The notes under the pieces are model-generated. The model was given only the letters and a program-made list of their open reading frames with translations, was not told the origin of the DNA and did no database searches. Both the position numbers and the translations under genes were made by a program. 64,000 nucleotides of DNA, from the NCBI GenBank assembly GCA_023818375.1, contig JAMWCC010000079.1, positions 2,021 to 66,020 on the forward strand, read 5' to 3'. Below, one piece after another: positions 10,642 to 20,353 of the stretch (its first letter is position 1; the number at the start of each line of letters is the position of its first letter). The DNA is from Candidatus Omnitrophota bacterium (GTDB lineage: Bacteria; Ratteibacteria; UBA8468; B48-G9; DTJG01).

Positions 10642-12922
10642 AGGAGATGCATTGATTTTTTCCATCGCAGTAGTGTTGCTTTTATTCATTATTACTGTTG
10701 GATTTCTTATTATTTTCGGGCACTGGGAAAAATCATCATTTCTGATGTTTTCAGGAGTGCAATCAGACCATGCTGCAAAAATAGGGATAGAACAAGCAAT
10801 CTGGGAATTGAGGAATGATAAGAATAACTATGATGGATATGATGAACCCTGGTGCCAGAAATTTTCAGGTGACGAAATAGACATTGACGGGGATGGAATA
10901 AAAGAAAGTAAATTTTTCTATGTAAAAAATTTCCGCGGGAAAATTGTTGCCAGGTACGCGGTTTTAGTGACTGATGAATCAGGTTCAATCAATATAAATT
11001 ATGTTAAAAATCTTTCAAAAAATGGAAACCATGGTTTCAATGAAGGCTGGACCACTTTTGAGATTGCTTTTTTCCCTGGATTGTGTGATTCTATCGCTAA
11101 TAAACTTGTAGAATTCAGAAGAGGAATAGATTTAAAACCAGGAAAATCAAATGTAGATGACGACAATGATAATGCAATTTTATCAGACGATGGTATAGAC
11201 AATGATGGAGACGGCTTTATTGATGGAAAAGATGAAGGTATTGATGAAGAAGATGAATTTAATCACAAAAAACCACAAGGTGATGATAGACCATTTTTTG
11301 TGATTGAAGACATAAAAATGGTCTATGGCATGACTGAAAAACTTTTTGAAAAAATCAAAAATCACATCACCTGCCACAGCTATGATTTGAATATTGATGC
11401 AGAAAACTATTATAGAACAAACATAAATAAGGCAAGTGTTTCTCTCATCGCATCTATTCTAAAATCTCTTAACTACAATGAAAAAGATGCGATACAGATA
11501 GCAGTGAATGCAATTGATTACAGGGATAAAGATAATACCCCAACTGTTATAACGACATCTGATGGCAATACCTTCATTGGAATTGAAAAAACTCCATATA
11601 TCAATGAAGTTGAACCGGCACCAGAAATAAGGATTCAAACAATAATGAGTGCCATTGGGCCTGTAACAATCATTGAAGAACTTGGACCACATTTTATTGA
11701 ACTTTTTAATCCATATGATGAGACCATTGATATTGGTGGATGGTTAATAAAGGGTGGAATGATAATATTGCCTTCTGTTAATTTATCCGACCATAACCAA
11801 CAATCACAAAATTTACTTGATGAAATAGAAAAAGGCAATGAAATCAATCAGTCAGGGCTTATAAAATTCTGGAAATCCCTTACTGTTAATACAATCAAAA
11901 TCCCAGAAGGCGCAAAAATAAAACCCCGGTCCTTCTACCTGATTGGAGATTCTATAAAATGGAAAATAATTATTAAGATGACTCCGGCAGGACCTATTGT
12001 CATACCACTTTTAATACCCATTAAACAACCAGCAGATGCTGACCATTATGAACCAATCCTTTTTATGAACTTTAAGTCAGATATCCTCAATAGCATATTT
12101 TCAATAATCTCAAAAATTTTCGGTATAAATTTCTTACTGAATGGAAAGATGTCATTAGTTGATAATAAGAATCAGTTAATAGAACAAACAGATTATGGTT
12201 CTAATGAACCTGGTAAAATGTCAAGACAAAAAAACGACCCCAGGATAAATGAGTGGTTTACAGCAATTCAGACCCCAGGAAAGTTAAATTTTTGCTTCAA
12301 TCCAACTGTGGGTGGAGAATTCAATTCTGCTCAATTGTTTTATTGGCCCGCATCTTTCATAATAAAAAATAATCCCTTTTCAAGTCCTGCTGAGCTTTCA
12401 TACATCCACAAAGGCAAACAATGGCAAACGTTGAATATATGGAAAGGATATGATAAAAAACTCCTCGATGTTTTTACTGTGGTTGAAAATGTTGAGAATC
12501 CTGTCTTTGGAAGAATAAACGTAAACACAGCTTCCCATTTAGTGCTTACGTGTTTACCCCTTGTGGACACAGATATTGCCAGGGAAATAATCAATGAAAG
12601 ACCTTTTAAGGACTTATCCGATATCATAGGTAAATATGATGGACCACTCAATCGACAAATAGCAAAGTATGGAACGAATCTGGTCGATGATAATAAGAAT
12701 ACCTGGATTGATACAGAGGATGAAAAAGAACTTGTAATATCAAAAATCATTAATCTGATAACCGTTAGGGCAAATGTTTTCAGAATCCTCGTGTTGTCTC
12801 AAAAAGTGCTCGATTCAGATAACAATGGTATAATAACTGATAAAGAAATTAAGGCAGAAACAAGATACAGGATTATTTATGACCGACATAATAACAAAAT
12901 CATTGAAAGGAGAAAATTGTGA
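10616..12922 (+). CDS. GspK-like large minor pseudopilin with Asp-rich calcium-binding-like repeats and helix-hairpin-helix motif
   Basis: About 768 aa. N-terminal TM helix; DIDGDGIKE and DNDGDGFIDGKDEGIDEEDE acidic loops; GRINVNTASHLVLTCLPLVDTDIAREIINERPF is an HhH motif as in GspK/ComEA. Confidence 0.6.
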   Translation: MKKYGWANKGDALIFSIAVVLLLFIITVGFLIIFGHWEKSSFLMFSGVQSDHAAKIGIEQAIWELRNDKNNYDGYDEPWCQKFSGDEIDIDGDGIKESKFFYVKNFRGKIVARYAVLVTDESGSININYVKNLSKNGNHGFNEGWTTFEIAFFPGLCDSIANKLVEFRRGIDLKPGKSNVDDDNDNAILSDDGIDNDGDGFIDGKDEGIDEEDEFNHKKPQGDDRPFFVIEDIKMVYGMTEKLFEKIKNHITCHSYDLNIDAENYYRTNINKASVSLIASILKSLNYNEKDAIQIAVNAIDYRDKDNTPTVITTSDGNTFIGIEKTPYINEVEPAPEIRIQTIMSAIGPVTIIEELGPHFIELFNPYDETIDIGGWLIKGGMIILPSVNLSDHNQQSQNLLDEIEKGNEINQSGLIKFWKSLTVNTIKIPEGAKIKPRSFYLIGDSIKWKIIIKMTPAGPIVIPLLIPIKQPADADHYEPILFMNFKSDILNSIFSIISKIFGINFLLNGKMSLVDNKNQLIEQTDYGSNEPGKMSRQKNDPRINEWFTAIQTPGKLNFCFNPTVGGEFNSAQLFYWPASFIIKNNPFSSPAELSYIHKGKQWQTLNIWKGYDKKLLDVFTVVENVENPVFGRINVNTASHLVLTCLPLVDTDIAREIINERPFKDLSDIIGKYDGPLNRQIAKYGTNLVDDNKNTWIDTEDEKELVISKIINLITVRANVFRILVLSQKVLDSDNNGIITDKEIKAETRYRIIYDRHNNKIIERRKL

Positions 12923-13839
12923 AAATGAACGTGAAAATGAGAAGCCTATGTAAAAAATTAAGAGAAAAGATATCAATTTGTTTTAGAGATCGAAAGAAGA
13001 GAAAAAAAATTATCCTGTGGTTATGTATAGTAGTAATAATTATCGTAGGCTCATACTCGGGCCACATAATGTATTTAAAGAAAAACGCTGTAGCGATTGT
13101 AAATGGTGAGATCATTACATTGTCGGAACTGAAACAAAAAATTTCAACATATCCTGAATTCTATCAGGAATATGTCAAACAATTCCCCCAGCAAGCACTT
13201 GAAGACTTTATAGGTGAAAAATTATTGATGCAAAAAGCAAAAAAATATGAAAGAAATTACAGAAAAAAAATTCAAAAAGCGCTCGAAAACTATAAAAAAG
13301 AGTTACTTATAAAAGAATTTTTGTCAGATCAGGTATTGAACAAAGCTGAAATTTCACAGGAAGAAATAAAAAATTATTACAACAACAACTTGAAAGACTT
13401 TCTTATGCCAGAGAGAGTGCATCTTTATGAAATTGTTGTATCAACAGAAGAAGAAGCCAGAAATATTCTTAGCAGGCTCTCAAACGGAGAAGATTTTTCA
13501 GAAATTGCAAAAAAGGAATCAATAAGTTCTTCTAAAGAGAAGGGTGGAGATCTTGGAATGATATCAAGGGGTCAACTCATGCCAGAACTTGAAGAAATTA
13601 TTTTTGCGATGAAACCAAATCAGGTTCTTGAAAAGGTTGTTAAAACCGACCAGGGTTATCACATTTTAAAAATAGGTGAAAAACAAACCGCACATTTACA
13701 AACAGTTGAAGAAGCAACACCGATAATCAAACAAATACTTGTTAATCAGAAAAGAAGCCAGCTTTTGAATACTTACATCAATGAGCTAAAAAACAAATCT
13801 AAAATTATAAGATTCAACGAAAAAATCAAAACTCTATGA
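12919..13839 (+). CDS. Membrane-anchored parvulin-type peptidyl-prolyl isomerase (SurA/PpiD-like)
   Basis: 306 aa. Basic N-terminus plus TM helix; PpiC-type PPIase region (GGDLGMISRGQLMPELEE..., GYHILKIGEK). Confidence 0.75.
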   Translation: MKMNVKMRSLCKKLREKISICFRDRKKRKKIILWLCIVVIIIVGSYSGHIMYLKKNAVAIVNGEIITLSELKQKISTYPEFYQEYVKQFPQQALEDFIGEKLLMQKAKKYERNYRKKIQKALENYKKELLIKEFLSDQVLNKAEISQEEIKNYYNNNLKDFLMPERVHLYEIVVSTEEEARNILSRLSNGEDFSEIAKKESISSSKEKGGDLGMISRGQLMPELEEIIFAMKPNQVLEKVVKTDQGYHILKIGEKQTAHLQTVEEATPIIKQILVNQKRSQLLNTYINELKNKSKIIRFNEKIKTL

Positions 13840-14681
13840 CAAAAAAATACACTGTTTTACTTCTGATTTTAATGTGCTTTTTTTTAAAAGCATTGTATGG
13901 AATAGAAGATAGAAGCATTGCAATAGTTGGAAGGAGAATTATATGGAATAACGATGTAAAAGAGAGAGCACAGATACGCGGAATATCATATGAAAAAGCT
14001 CTTCTAGAATTGATAGAAGAAAAACTTCTCATAATCCAGGCAAAAAAAGAAAATATACCTGTTTCAAAAGAAGAAATCGATGCTCGCTTTAACTTTATAG
14101 TTGATGAATGGGAAAAAAATGGATTTGACTTTATAAGGTTTATCAGAAATAATGGTTTGACTGTTGACCAGTATAAGGAAATTCTTGGAGAAGAAATACA
14201 AAAGGAAAAACTAATAAGTCAAAAGATTACTGCTAAGATTAAATTATCTCCTGTTGAAATTTCAAAAAGAATGGCTCAACTACCGCAAGAAAAACAAATA
14301 CTTTTGTTAAGAAAAGTTTTTGACGACAGCACAAGCGCTGAAAGTTTTGTACAGGATTTTAAGAAAAATAAAAAACTTGCTCAGGAAATGGAACCAACGG
14401 AATGGATTGAGATAAGCAGAATCGACCCGAATTTTCTCACAGAACTTTATTCTGCAGGAAGAGAAAATCCAATAATTAGAAAACAGTCAGGAAAATTTAT
14501 CGTTTATGTATTTGCTCAGGAGCTGGATAATTCTCCTGCTGAAAGATATAAAAGGGCCTATCAAGAACTCAGACAAGAAAAGTTTGTTAAGGCATATGCT
14601 GAGTACTTGGATAGTCTTGCAAAAAACATCCCAATAAAGATTTTCGACCAGGATATCGCTAAAAAATTCTCTGTTCAGTAG
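13836..14681 (+). CDS. SurA N-terminal-domain-like periplasmic chaperone without recognisable PPIase domain
   Basis: 281 aa. Signal-like N-terminus. Helical Lys/Glu-rich sequence resembling the SurA_N chaperone domain. Sits directly before pdxA. Confidence 0.45.
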   Translation: MTKKYTVLLLILMCFFLKALYGIEDRSIAIVGRRIIWNNDVKERAQIRGISYEKALLELIEEKLLIIQAKKENIPVSKEEIDARFNFIVDEWEKNGFDFIRFIRNNGLTVDQYKEILGEEIQKEKLISQKITAKIKLSPVEISKRMAQLPQEKQILLLRKVFDDSTSAESFVQDFKKNKKLAQEMEPTEWIEISRIDPNFLTELYSAGRENPIIRKQSGKFIVYVFAQELDNSPAERYKRAYQELRQEKFVKAYAEYLDSLAKNIPIKIFDQDIAKKFSVQ

Positions 14682-14685
14682 CTCA

Positions 14686-15684
14686 ATGATACGAACGATT
14701 ATAACCATCGGAGATCCATCAGGGATTGGTCCTGAAATAACGATTAAGGCAATTGGTAAACTACTGAAAAAAGGATTTGATTTTGTTCCGATTATTGTTG
14801 GAGATATTGCAATTATTACCAAAACTATAAGCAATATAAAAATGAAAATGGATTTATCACCTTTCGACGACACACAAGAAAAAGGAAAAATAAAAGTATA
14901 TAACGTGGAAATAATAAAAAACAAGAAATTCCCACAAGGTAAAGACAATCCACTGGCAGGTAAGGCTTCCTTTAGTTATCTGTGCGAAGCTTGGAGATTG
15001 CTTTGCCAGGGCAAAGGAGATTGTCTGATAACTGCACCAATTTCAAAAAAAGCTTGGAGCATGGCTGGGATACCTTACAGCGGCCACACGGAAGCCCTTT
15101 CGTCTTTTTCACAAGAAAAAACATATATGCTTATGAGCGCGGAAAAACTCAATATTCTTCTTTTTACAACACACATCCCTATGAAAGAAATATGGCAATA
15201 CCTAACAAAAAAAAATCTTTTCTTAAGTTCCATAACCACAGCAGAATTTCTGGCAAGATTTTATGGAAAAAAAGACCTGAAGATAGCATTTTGCGGTCTT
15301 AATCCACACGCTGGAGAATCTGGATTACTGGGAACTGAAGAAAAAAAGATTATAGAGCCGGTCATTGCAAAAATAGAAAAATCAGGATTTAATGCGTCCG
15401 GACCTTATCCTGCGGATTCAGTTTTTAGACAAGTTTTTTCACAAAACAATTTTTATCTCCTCATTTCTTTGTATCATGACCAGTTATTACCTACACTGAA
15501 AACATTGTTTTTTGAAAAGTTGGTCAACATCACAGTAAACAAATCAGGATGGATAAGAACCAGCCCAGGCCATGGCACTGCCTTCGACATAGCGGGCAAA
15601 AATATTGCAGATGCCTGTCCGATGGAAAACGCTATTATTAAAGCTGTTGAAATGGCAAATAGAAAAAAATGGATACATTTTTAA
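14686..15684 (+). CDS. pdxA: 4-hydroxythreonine-4-phosphate dehydrogenase PdxA
   Basis: ITIGDPSGIGPEI N-terminus; GLNPHAGE and HDQ motifs. Confidence 0.9.
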   Translation: MIRTIITIGDPSGIGPEITIKAIGKLLKKGFDFVPIIVGDIAIITKTISNIKMKMDLSPFDDTQEKGKIKVYNVEIIKNKKFPQGKDNPLAGKASFSYLCEAWRLLCQGKGDCLITAPISKKAWSMAGIPYSGHTEALSSFSQEKTYMLMSAEKLNILLFTTHIPMKEIWQYLTKKNLFLSSITTAEFLARFYGKKDLKIAFCGLNPHAGESGLLGTEEKKIIEPVIAKIEKSGFNASGPYPADSVFRQVFSQNNFYLLISLYHDQLLPTLKTLFFEKLVNITVNKSGWIRTSPGHGTAFDIAGKNIADACPMENAIIKAVEMANRKKWIHF

Positions 15685-16556
15685 CCATAACTCAGATTTT
15701 AGAAACACTGAAGAAAAATAAAATTACTCCAAATAAGCAACTGGGACAGAACTTTCTTATAGATAAGAATATTAGAGAGAAAATCATTTCCTTTGCTGAG
15801 ATAGAAAAACAAGATATTGTTGTTGAAATAGGATGCGGACTGGGTGCCTTAACAGGAATACTGGCTGAAAAAGCCGAATTTGTTTATGCTTTTGAAAAAG
15901 ATAGAAAACTTGCCAGTATCCTGAGAAATAAAATAGAAGGGCTTTCTAATATCAAAATTGAAGAAAAAGATTTTCTTGAAGTAGAAGAAAAATATTTTAG
16001 CTCACTCAAAACCAGAGTTAAGATAATCGGAAACCTTCCTTATTATATTGCAAGTCCCATTTTGTTTAAATTATTGAAGCTAAGAAAATATATAAAATTG
16101 GCAGTTGTCATGGTTCCCGAAGATGTTGCAACAAGAATTGTTGCAAAAACAGGTGATAAAAATTTTGGTGTTATGGCTGCCCTTTTTTCACTTTTTTCAC
16201 ATTGTTTTATCGTCTATCGGGTTTCTCGTACTGTATTCTATCCTACACCTGAAATCACATCTGTCATAATGAAAATTATACCTGTTGAAAAGTTTGAAAG
16301 CGAACTTACCCAAGACATATTCTGGAAGACCTTAGAAAAGTTATTCATCCAGAAAAGAAAAAATATTTTAAACGTTATAAGCAAATCTTTTAAAATCGAT
16401 AAAAACACCGCACAATCAATTTTGGAACAAGCAAAAATTACGCCAACACTGAGGAGCCATCAGTTGGAAATAGATCAAATAGTAAGATTAGTCCATCTTA
16501 TGTCAAAAGCAAAACTCAAAAATTTCGATTTGACCTTTAAAGGGAAAAAGATATAA
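15669..16556 (+). CDS. rsmA: 16S rRNA (adenine1518/1519-N6) dimethyltransferase RsmA/KsgA
   Basis: LGQNFLIDKNI and EIGCGLGALT SAM-binding motifs. Conserved surA-pdxA-ksgA gene order. Confidence 0.9.
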   Translation: MDTFLTITQILETLKKNKITPNKQLGQNFLIDKNIREKIISFAEIEKQDIVVEIGCGLGALTGILAEKAEFVYAFEKDRKLASILRNKIEGLSNIKIEEKDFLEVEEKYFSSLKTRVKIIGNLPYYIASPILFKLLKLRKYIKLAVVMVPEDVATRIVAKTGDKNFGVMAALFSLFSHCFIVYRVSRTVFYPTPEITSVIMKIIPVEKFESELTQDIFWKTLEKLFIQKRKNILNVISKSFKIDKNTAQSILEQAKITPTLRSHQLEIDQIVRLVHLMSKAKLKNFDLTFKGKKI

Positions 16557-16578
16557 TTAGATAAAGCAGGGAGATATA

Positions 16579-16737
16579 ATGAAAAAAGTAATTAAGGATG
16601 TGGTCTGTAGATCATGGTTAAAAAACCCTACAAAGAATCTTGTTGAAAAGGACGGAAAAACTTTTTATTTCTGTTCTCCCCGTTGTAAATCAAAGTTTGA
16701 AAAAGATCCAGATAAATATATTAATCTGAAGGGCTAA
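16579..16737 (+). CDS. YHS-domain small metal-binding protein (52 aa); not in the ORF track
   Basis: MKKVIKDVVCRSWL...DGKTFYFCSPRCKSKFEKDPDKY matches the YHS pattern. GGGAG-like RBS upstream. Confidence 0.55.
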   Translation: MKKVIKDVVCRSWLKNPTKNLVEKDGKTFYFCSPRCKSKFEKDPDKYINLKG

Positions 16738-16787
16738 CCTGAACTTGACATCTTCATGTATGATGTTATAATTTTTGTGGGGGTAGA

Positions 16788-16898
16788 ATGAAGAAAGTGT
16801 TTGTTATATTAGGAATTGCTGTAATGATAGCTCTGTGTGGTTGTACAATGAGTTTAGATTTTCACCCACAAGGAAAACCCGCAAGTTCAACCAGATAG
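16788..16898 (+). CDS. Small lipoprotein (36 aa; entericidin-like size)
   Basis: MKKVFVILGIAVMIALCGC lipobox-type signal, GGGGTAGA RBS. Confidence 0.4.
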   Translation: MKKVFVILGIAVMIALCGCTMSLDFHPQGKPASSTR

Positions 16899-16996
16899 GC
16901 GAAAAAGACGTGTTTAAATGTTTCTATTCAAATGAAAAATCCCTGTACAGCCGAAGCACCGGCGAAAAGTTTTTGCAGGGATAAAAGGAGGGAAGC

Positions 16997-17203
16997 ATGG
17001 CGAAGGAGAAGGGGAAGGTGAAGTGGTTCAACAATGCCAAAGGTTATGGCTTTGTTGAACGAGAAAACGGTGAGGACGTCTTTGTCCACTACACGGCCAT
17101 CGTGGGAGATGGATACAAGACACTTGAAGAAGGCGCCACCGTTGAATTTGAAGTAGTTCAGGGTAAGAAAGGGCTCCAGGCCACTAATGTGGTAAAACTG
17201 TAA
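16997..17203 (+). CDS. cspA: Cold shock protein CspA family
   Basis: [16 protein letters not shown] and VFVHY RNP motifs. 68 aa. Codon usage clearly GC-richer than neighbours. Confidence 0.95.
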   Translation: MAKEKGKVKWFNNAKGYGFVERENGEDVFVHYTAIVGDGYKTLEEGATVEFEVVQGKKGLQATNVVKL

Positions 17204-17216
17204 GCCAAAATCACCC

Positions 17217-17246
17217 AGGGGGGTGCGTTTGCACCCCCCTTTTCCC
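17217..17246 (+). terminator. Rho-independent terminator after cspA
   Basis: AGGGGGGTGC-gttt-GCACCCCCCT stem-loop followed by TTTTCCC. Confidence 0.8.
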
Positions 17247-17253
17247 TTACAAA

Positions 17254-18900
17254 GTGAAAATCAAAAATCTGGCTATTATCTTAATAATTTTCCTGTTGGT
17301 ATGTCCTGCATTTTCACAAAATATTACTGATGAAGAAGATCCATTTACATGTGCAATAATTGCTTTTAATGAGGGTTTTTTTGATATATCTATTGAATTT
17401 TTGAACAGATACTTTCAAAAGCCCGAGGCAAAAAATAACGAATATGCTCATTTTTTATACGCCATAAATCTTTTAAAACTCAAAAAATATGAAGAATCAC
17501 TTTTACAATTTGAACAACTTTCAAAGTTATTCCCCGAATCAAAATACAACCAGGATATCTGGAAGTATAAGATTTCATTGCATATGCTTTTAAATGAATC
17601 TTTACAAGCCTGGAATGTATACAAAAATGGAATTGCTGAGTATGGCAGGGATAATGAAATTGAAAAAAATCTTGGATATATGTTGCTTAACGATGTAGGA
17701 AAATTAATTCAAAAAGGAGATTATCTTTTATCCAAGCAAATTCTTGAGGACATGGAAAAAATTTTTATGGCAGCAGACATTACTAACCAGATAAATTATT
17801 ATCAAGCGATAATTCTTTATCAGGAAAACAACTTTGAAGCATCCGTTAAAAAATTTCTCCAAATTTATCCCTATTTTAAAGGAAAAAAAATTGAGCCTGA
17901 GATTTTACTTAAAATCGGAGATTGTTTCTTTAATATGAAAAATTATATTGAAAGTGAGCGGTACTATGACACACTAATATCAAAGTTTCCTGATTCATCT
18001 CAAGCTGAATGGGCAAAATTGCAAAAATCCCTCATATTCAAAAGGAATATGAAATACAAAGAAGCAAGAAAATTACTTTTATCAACGATAAAAACGGCAA
18101 TTAATAATCAGGTACTTACAGCCTGCCAGTGGGAACTTGCAAAATTATCGGAGCTTGAAGATAAAAAAGATGAAGCAGTTTTTTGGTATAAAAAAATCAT
18201 TGAAACATCCAGTGATAGTACAATGATATTAAAATCAAAACTGCAGATGGGCTATTTGTATTTTAATCAAAAAAATTATGATAAGGCAATCGAAAATTTT
18301 ACACAGTATCTAAATTCTGAGAAGGAACCTGATGTAATCTATGTTTTAGGGCTCGCTTACTACAACAGTGATAAACATATTCAGGCTATAAACACGTGGG
18401 AAAGTTTACTCAGCATGAATCCTGAATATCCAGTTTCGTTACAGGTCCTTAAAGCAATGTACAATTTTTATAAGGAGACAGATAACAAGGAAATGATGAG
18501 GAAAATCTTTAATAGAATATGGGAAACCTATCCTGAAGATAATTTTATCTTGACCGAAGGCATTATTTTTATTAATGATCTTTTGAATAAAGGTGGCGTT
18601 GATATTGCCACAGATTACCTGATGAAAATTGAATCCAAAAAAAATCAAGATGTGGCTTTTCTCAAAGCTAAGATACTTTACCTTACAGGAAAAATTGATG
18701 AAAGCGAACAACTGTTAAAAAACATTGATAAAAAAAGCGTCTTCGCAGCTGAAGCGCTTTATCTTCTCGTGGAAATAAGTCTTGCAAAATCAAATCTAAA
18801 GGATGCCCAGATTTACTATGTGAAACTCCTTTCATCTTTCCCAAAAACAATCTGGGCACAAAAAGCAAAGGAATCCTTATCAAGATTTAAGGCAAGATGA
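17254..18900 (+). CDS. TPR-repeat protein with signal peptide
   Basis: 548 aa. GTG start. Cleavable-looking signal. Repetitive TPR-like helical hairpins (W/Y/L-rich). Confidence 0.7.
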   Translation: MKIKNLAIILIIFLLVCPAFSQNITDEEDPFTCAIIAFNEGFFDISIEFLNRYFQKPEAKNNEYAHFLYAINLLKLKKYEESLLQFEQLSKLFPESKYNQDIWKYKISLHMLLNESLQAWNVYKNGIAEYGRDNEIEKNLGYMLLNDVGKLIQKGDYLLSKQILEDMEKIFMAADITNQINYYQAIILYQENNFEASVKKFLQIYPYFKGKKIEPEILLKIGDCFFNMKNYIESERYYDTLISKFPDSSQAEWAKLQKSLIFKRNMKYKEARKLLLSTIKTAINNQVLTACQWELAKLSELEDKKDEAVFWYKKIIETSSDSTMILKSKLQMGYLYFNQKNYDKAIENFTQYLNSEKEPDVIYVLGLAYYNSDKHIQAINTWESLLSMNPEYPVSLQVLKAMYNFYKETDNKEMMRKIFNRIWETYPEDNFILTEGIIFINDLLNKGGVDIATDYLMKIESKKNQDVAFLKAKILYLTGKIDESEQLLKNIDKKSVFAAEALYLLVEISLAKSNLKDAQIYYVKLLSSFPKTIWAQKAKESLSRFKAR

Positions 18901-20330
18901 GATACTTAATTACTGGCTTAACACTAATACTTCTAAGAATTACATTTTTATCCGCACAGGATATTGAAATTCCTGAATCAATTATAACTGGCCAGGACAA
19001 AAGTATATACAGGACACCAATTTTTGTCTATCCACATGAATTTCAAATAAAATTTCCCGAACCACCTGAAATTCCCCGGCAATATCTGAAAATAAAAAAA
19101 CCTATTGAACAACCCGAAAAAATCGAAAAGATTCACGAAAAACAATTTCAAACATTTATGGTATCAGCGGGAAAATTTGGATATTTTTCATCAGATATTG
19201 ATTTGAAATATCCCTCATTTCACTTTTCTGCTTTTGCAACACATGATGATTCTTACAGAAGCAATGATAGTAAAGATGTTATTGAACTGAATATGAAAAT
19301 TTTTTGCAGTGAAAAAACAGAATTGAATTTTAACTTATGGAATTGCATTAAGGAAATTCCCTTTCCTGCTATTGTTCCATTTAGTGCTCAGAAGCATACA
19401 AGTATGCTCAATATGAAATTCATTTATAAGGACCAGGACTACAAAATTATGATTGATGGAACGAAAAATTCATTTGACAAACTTGATGAAATAGAAGGTT
19501 TATTCGGTTTTTATAAAAACTTTGAAAAGTTTTTTATCGGTACAGAAATAGGAATGAACAAATTTGCAAAAAAAAGTAATGAAATTTTTTCCCTGTCAGG
19601 GGAATATAACAACGACAATATACACGCAGGAATTACCTTAAAAAAGATTGGAGAAGAAATAAGGATATTACCGTTGTTATTTTTTCAAACAGAAAAAAAC
19701 AAATTAAGTTTTTCAACTACCGTTTCAGGTGTTTTTTCTTTCCCACAGTTATGGAAACAGGCAGGTCAACAACCCTATCTTATTATGAAAAACACATTTC
19801 TTCAACCAGAAGAAATATATTTCATGACAGTGGAAGTCTCGGGTGAAAAATCAGATGTTTATTTTTCAATGAAAGGAAATCTTTCTTATGAAAAAGTTGG
19901 ATATCACTGGCAGGATCTGGATGGCGATAACCTGTATGAACCAGCTATTTTGAAAGATAATTTTATAAATACTATGGGATTAACTCTAGGAAAAAAATTT
20001 AAAAATTTCTTTTTTGAATCAAATTATTCATTTCTTAATATGGATAAGAAAAAAACTGGACTTCCAGAAAGCACAGCTTATTTAAAAACTGGTTTTGACA
20101 CAAAAAAAGTTAAACAAGAATTTCAGTTGGTCTATACAGGAAGCCAGATATTTGATAAAGAAAAGATAAAAGAATACATAACCCTATCGGCTTCAACTTT
20201 TTATCAGATAAGACCAAATGTACAGCTGTTCGTCCAACTTAACAATATTTTGGGGGAAAAATATCAGATTGCTCCAGGGTACCCCGGAAAACCTTTTAAC
20301 TTCATTGCAGGATTTCAAACTAGATGGTAA
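18897..20330 (+). CDS. Outer-membrane beta-barrel protein with TonB-dependent-receptor-like C-terminus (no obvious plug)
   Basis: 477 aa. Signal peptide. C-terminus LNNILGEKYQIAPGYPGKPFNFIAGFQTRW resembles the TBDR terminal strand. Alternating amphipathic strands. Confidence 0.5.
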   Translation: MRYLITGLTLILLRITFLSAQDIEIPESIITGQDKSIYRTPIFVYPHEFQIKFPEPPEIPRQYLKIKKPIEQPEKIEKIHEKQFQTFMVSAGKFGYFSSDIDLKYPSFHFSAFATHDDSYRSNDSKDVIELNMKIFCSEKTELNFNLWNCIKEIPFPAIVPFSAQKHTSMLNMKFIYKDQDYKIMIDGTKNSFDKLDEIEGLFGFYKNFEKFFIGTEIGMNKFAKKSNEIFSLSGEYNNDNIHAGITLKKIGEEIRILPLLFFQTEKNKLSFSTTVSGVFSFPQLWKQAGQQPYLIMKNTFLQPEEIYFMTVEVSGEKSDVYFSMKGNLSYEKVGYHWQDLDGDNLYEPAILKDNFINTMGLTLGKKFKNFFFESNYSFLNMDKKKTGLPESTAYLKTGFDTKKVKQEFQLVYTGSQIFDKEKIKEYITLSASTFYQIRPNVQLFVQLNNILGEKYQIAPGYPGKPFNFIAGFQTRW

Positions 20331-20353
20331 ATTAATTTTATATAGGGGGAATT

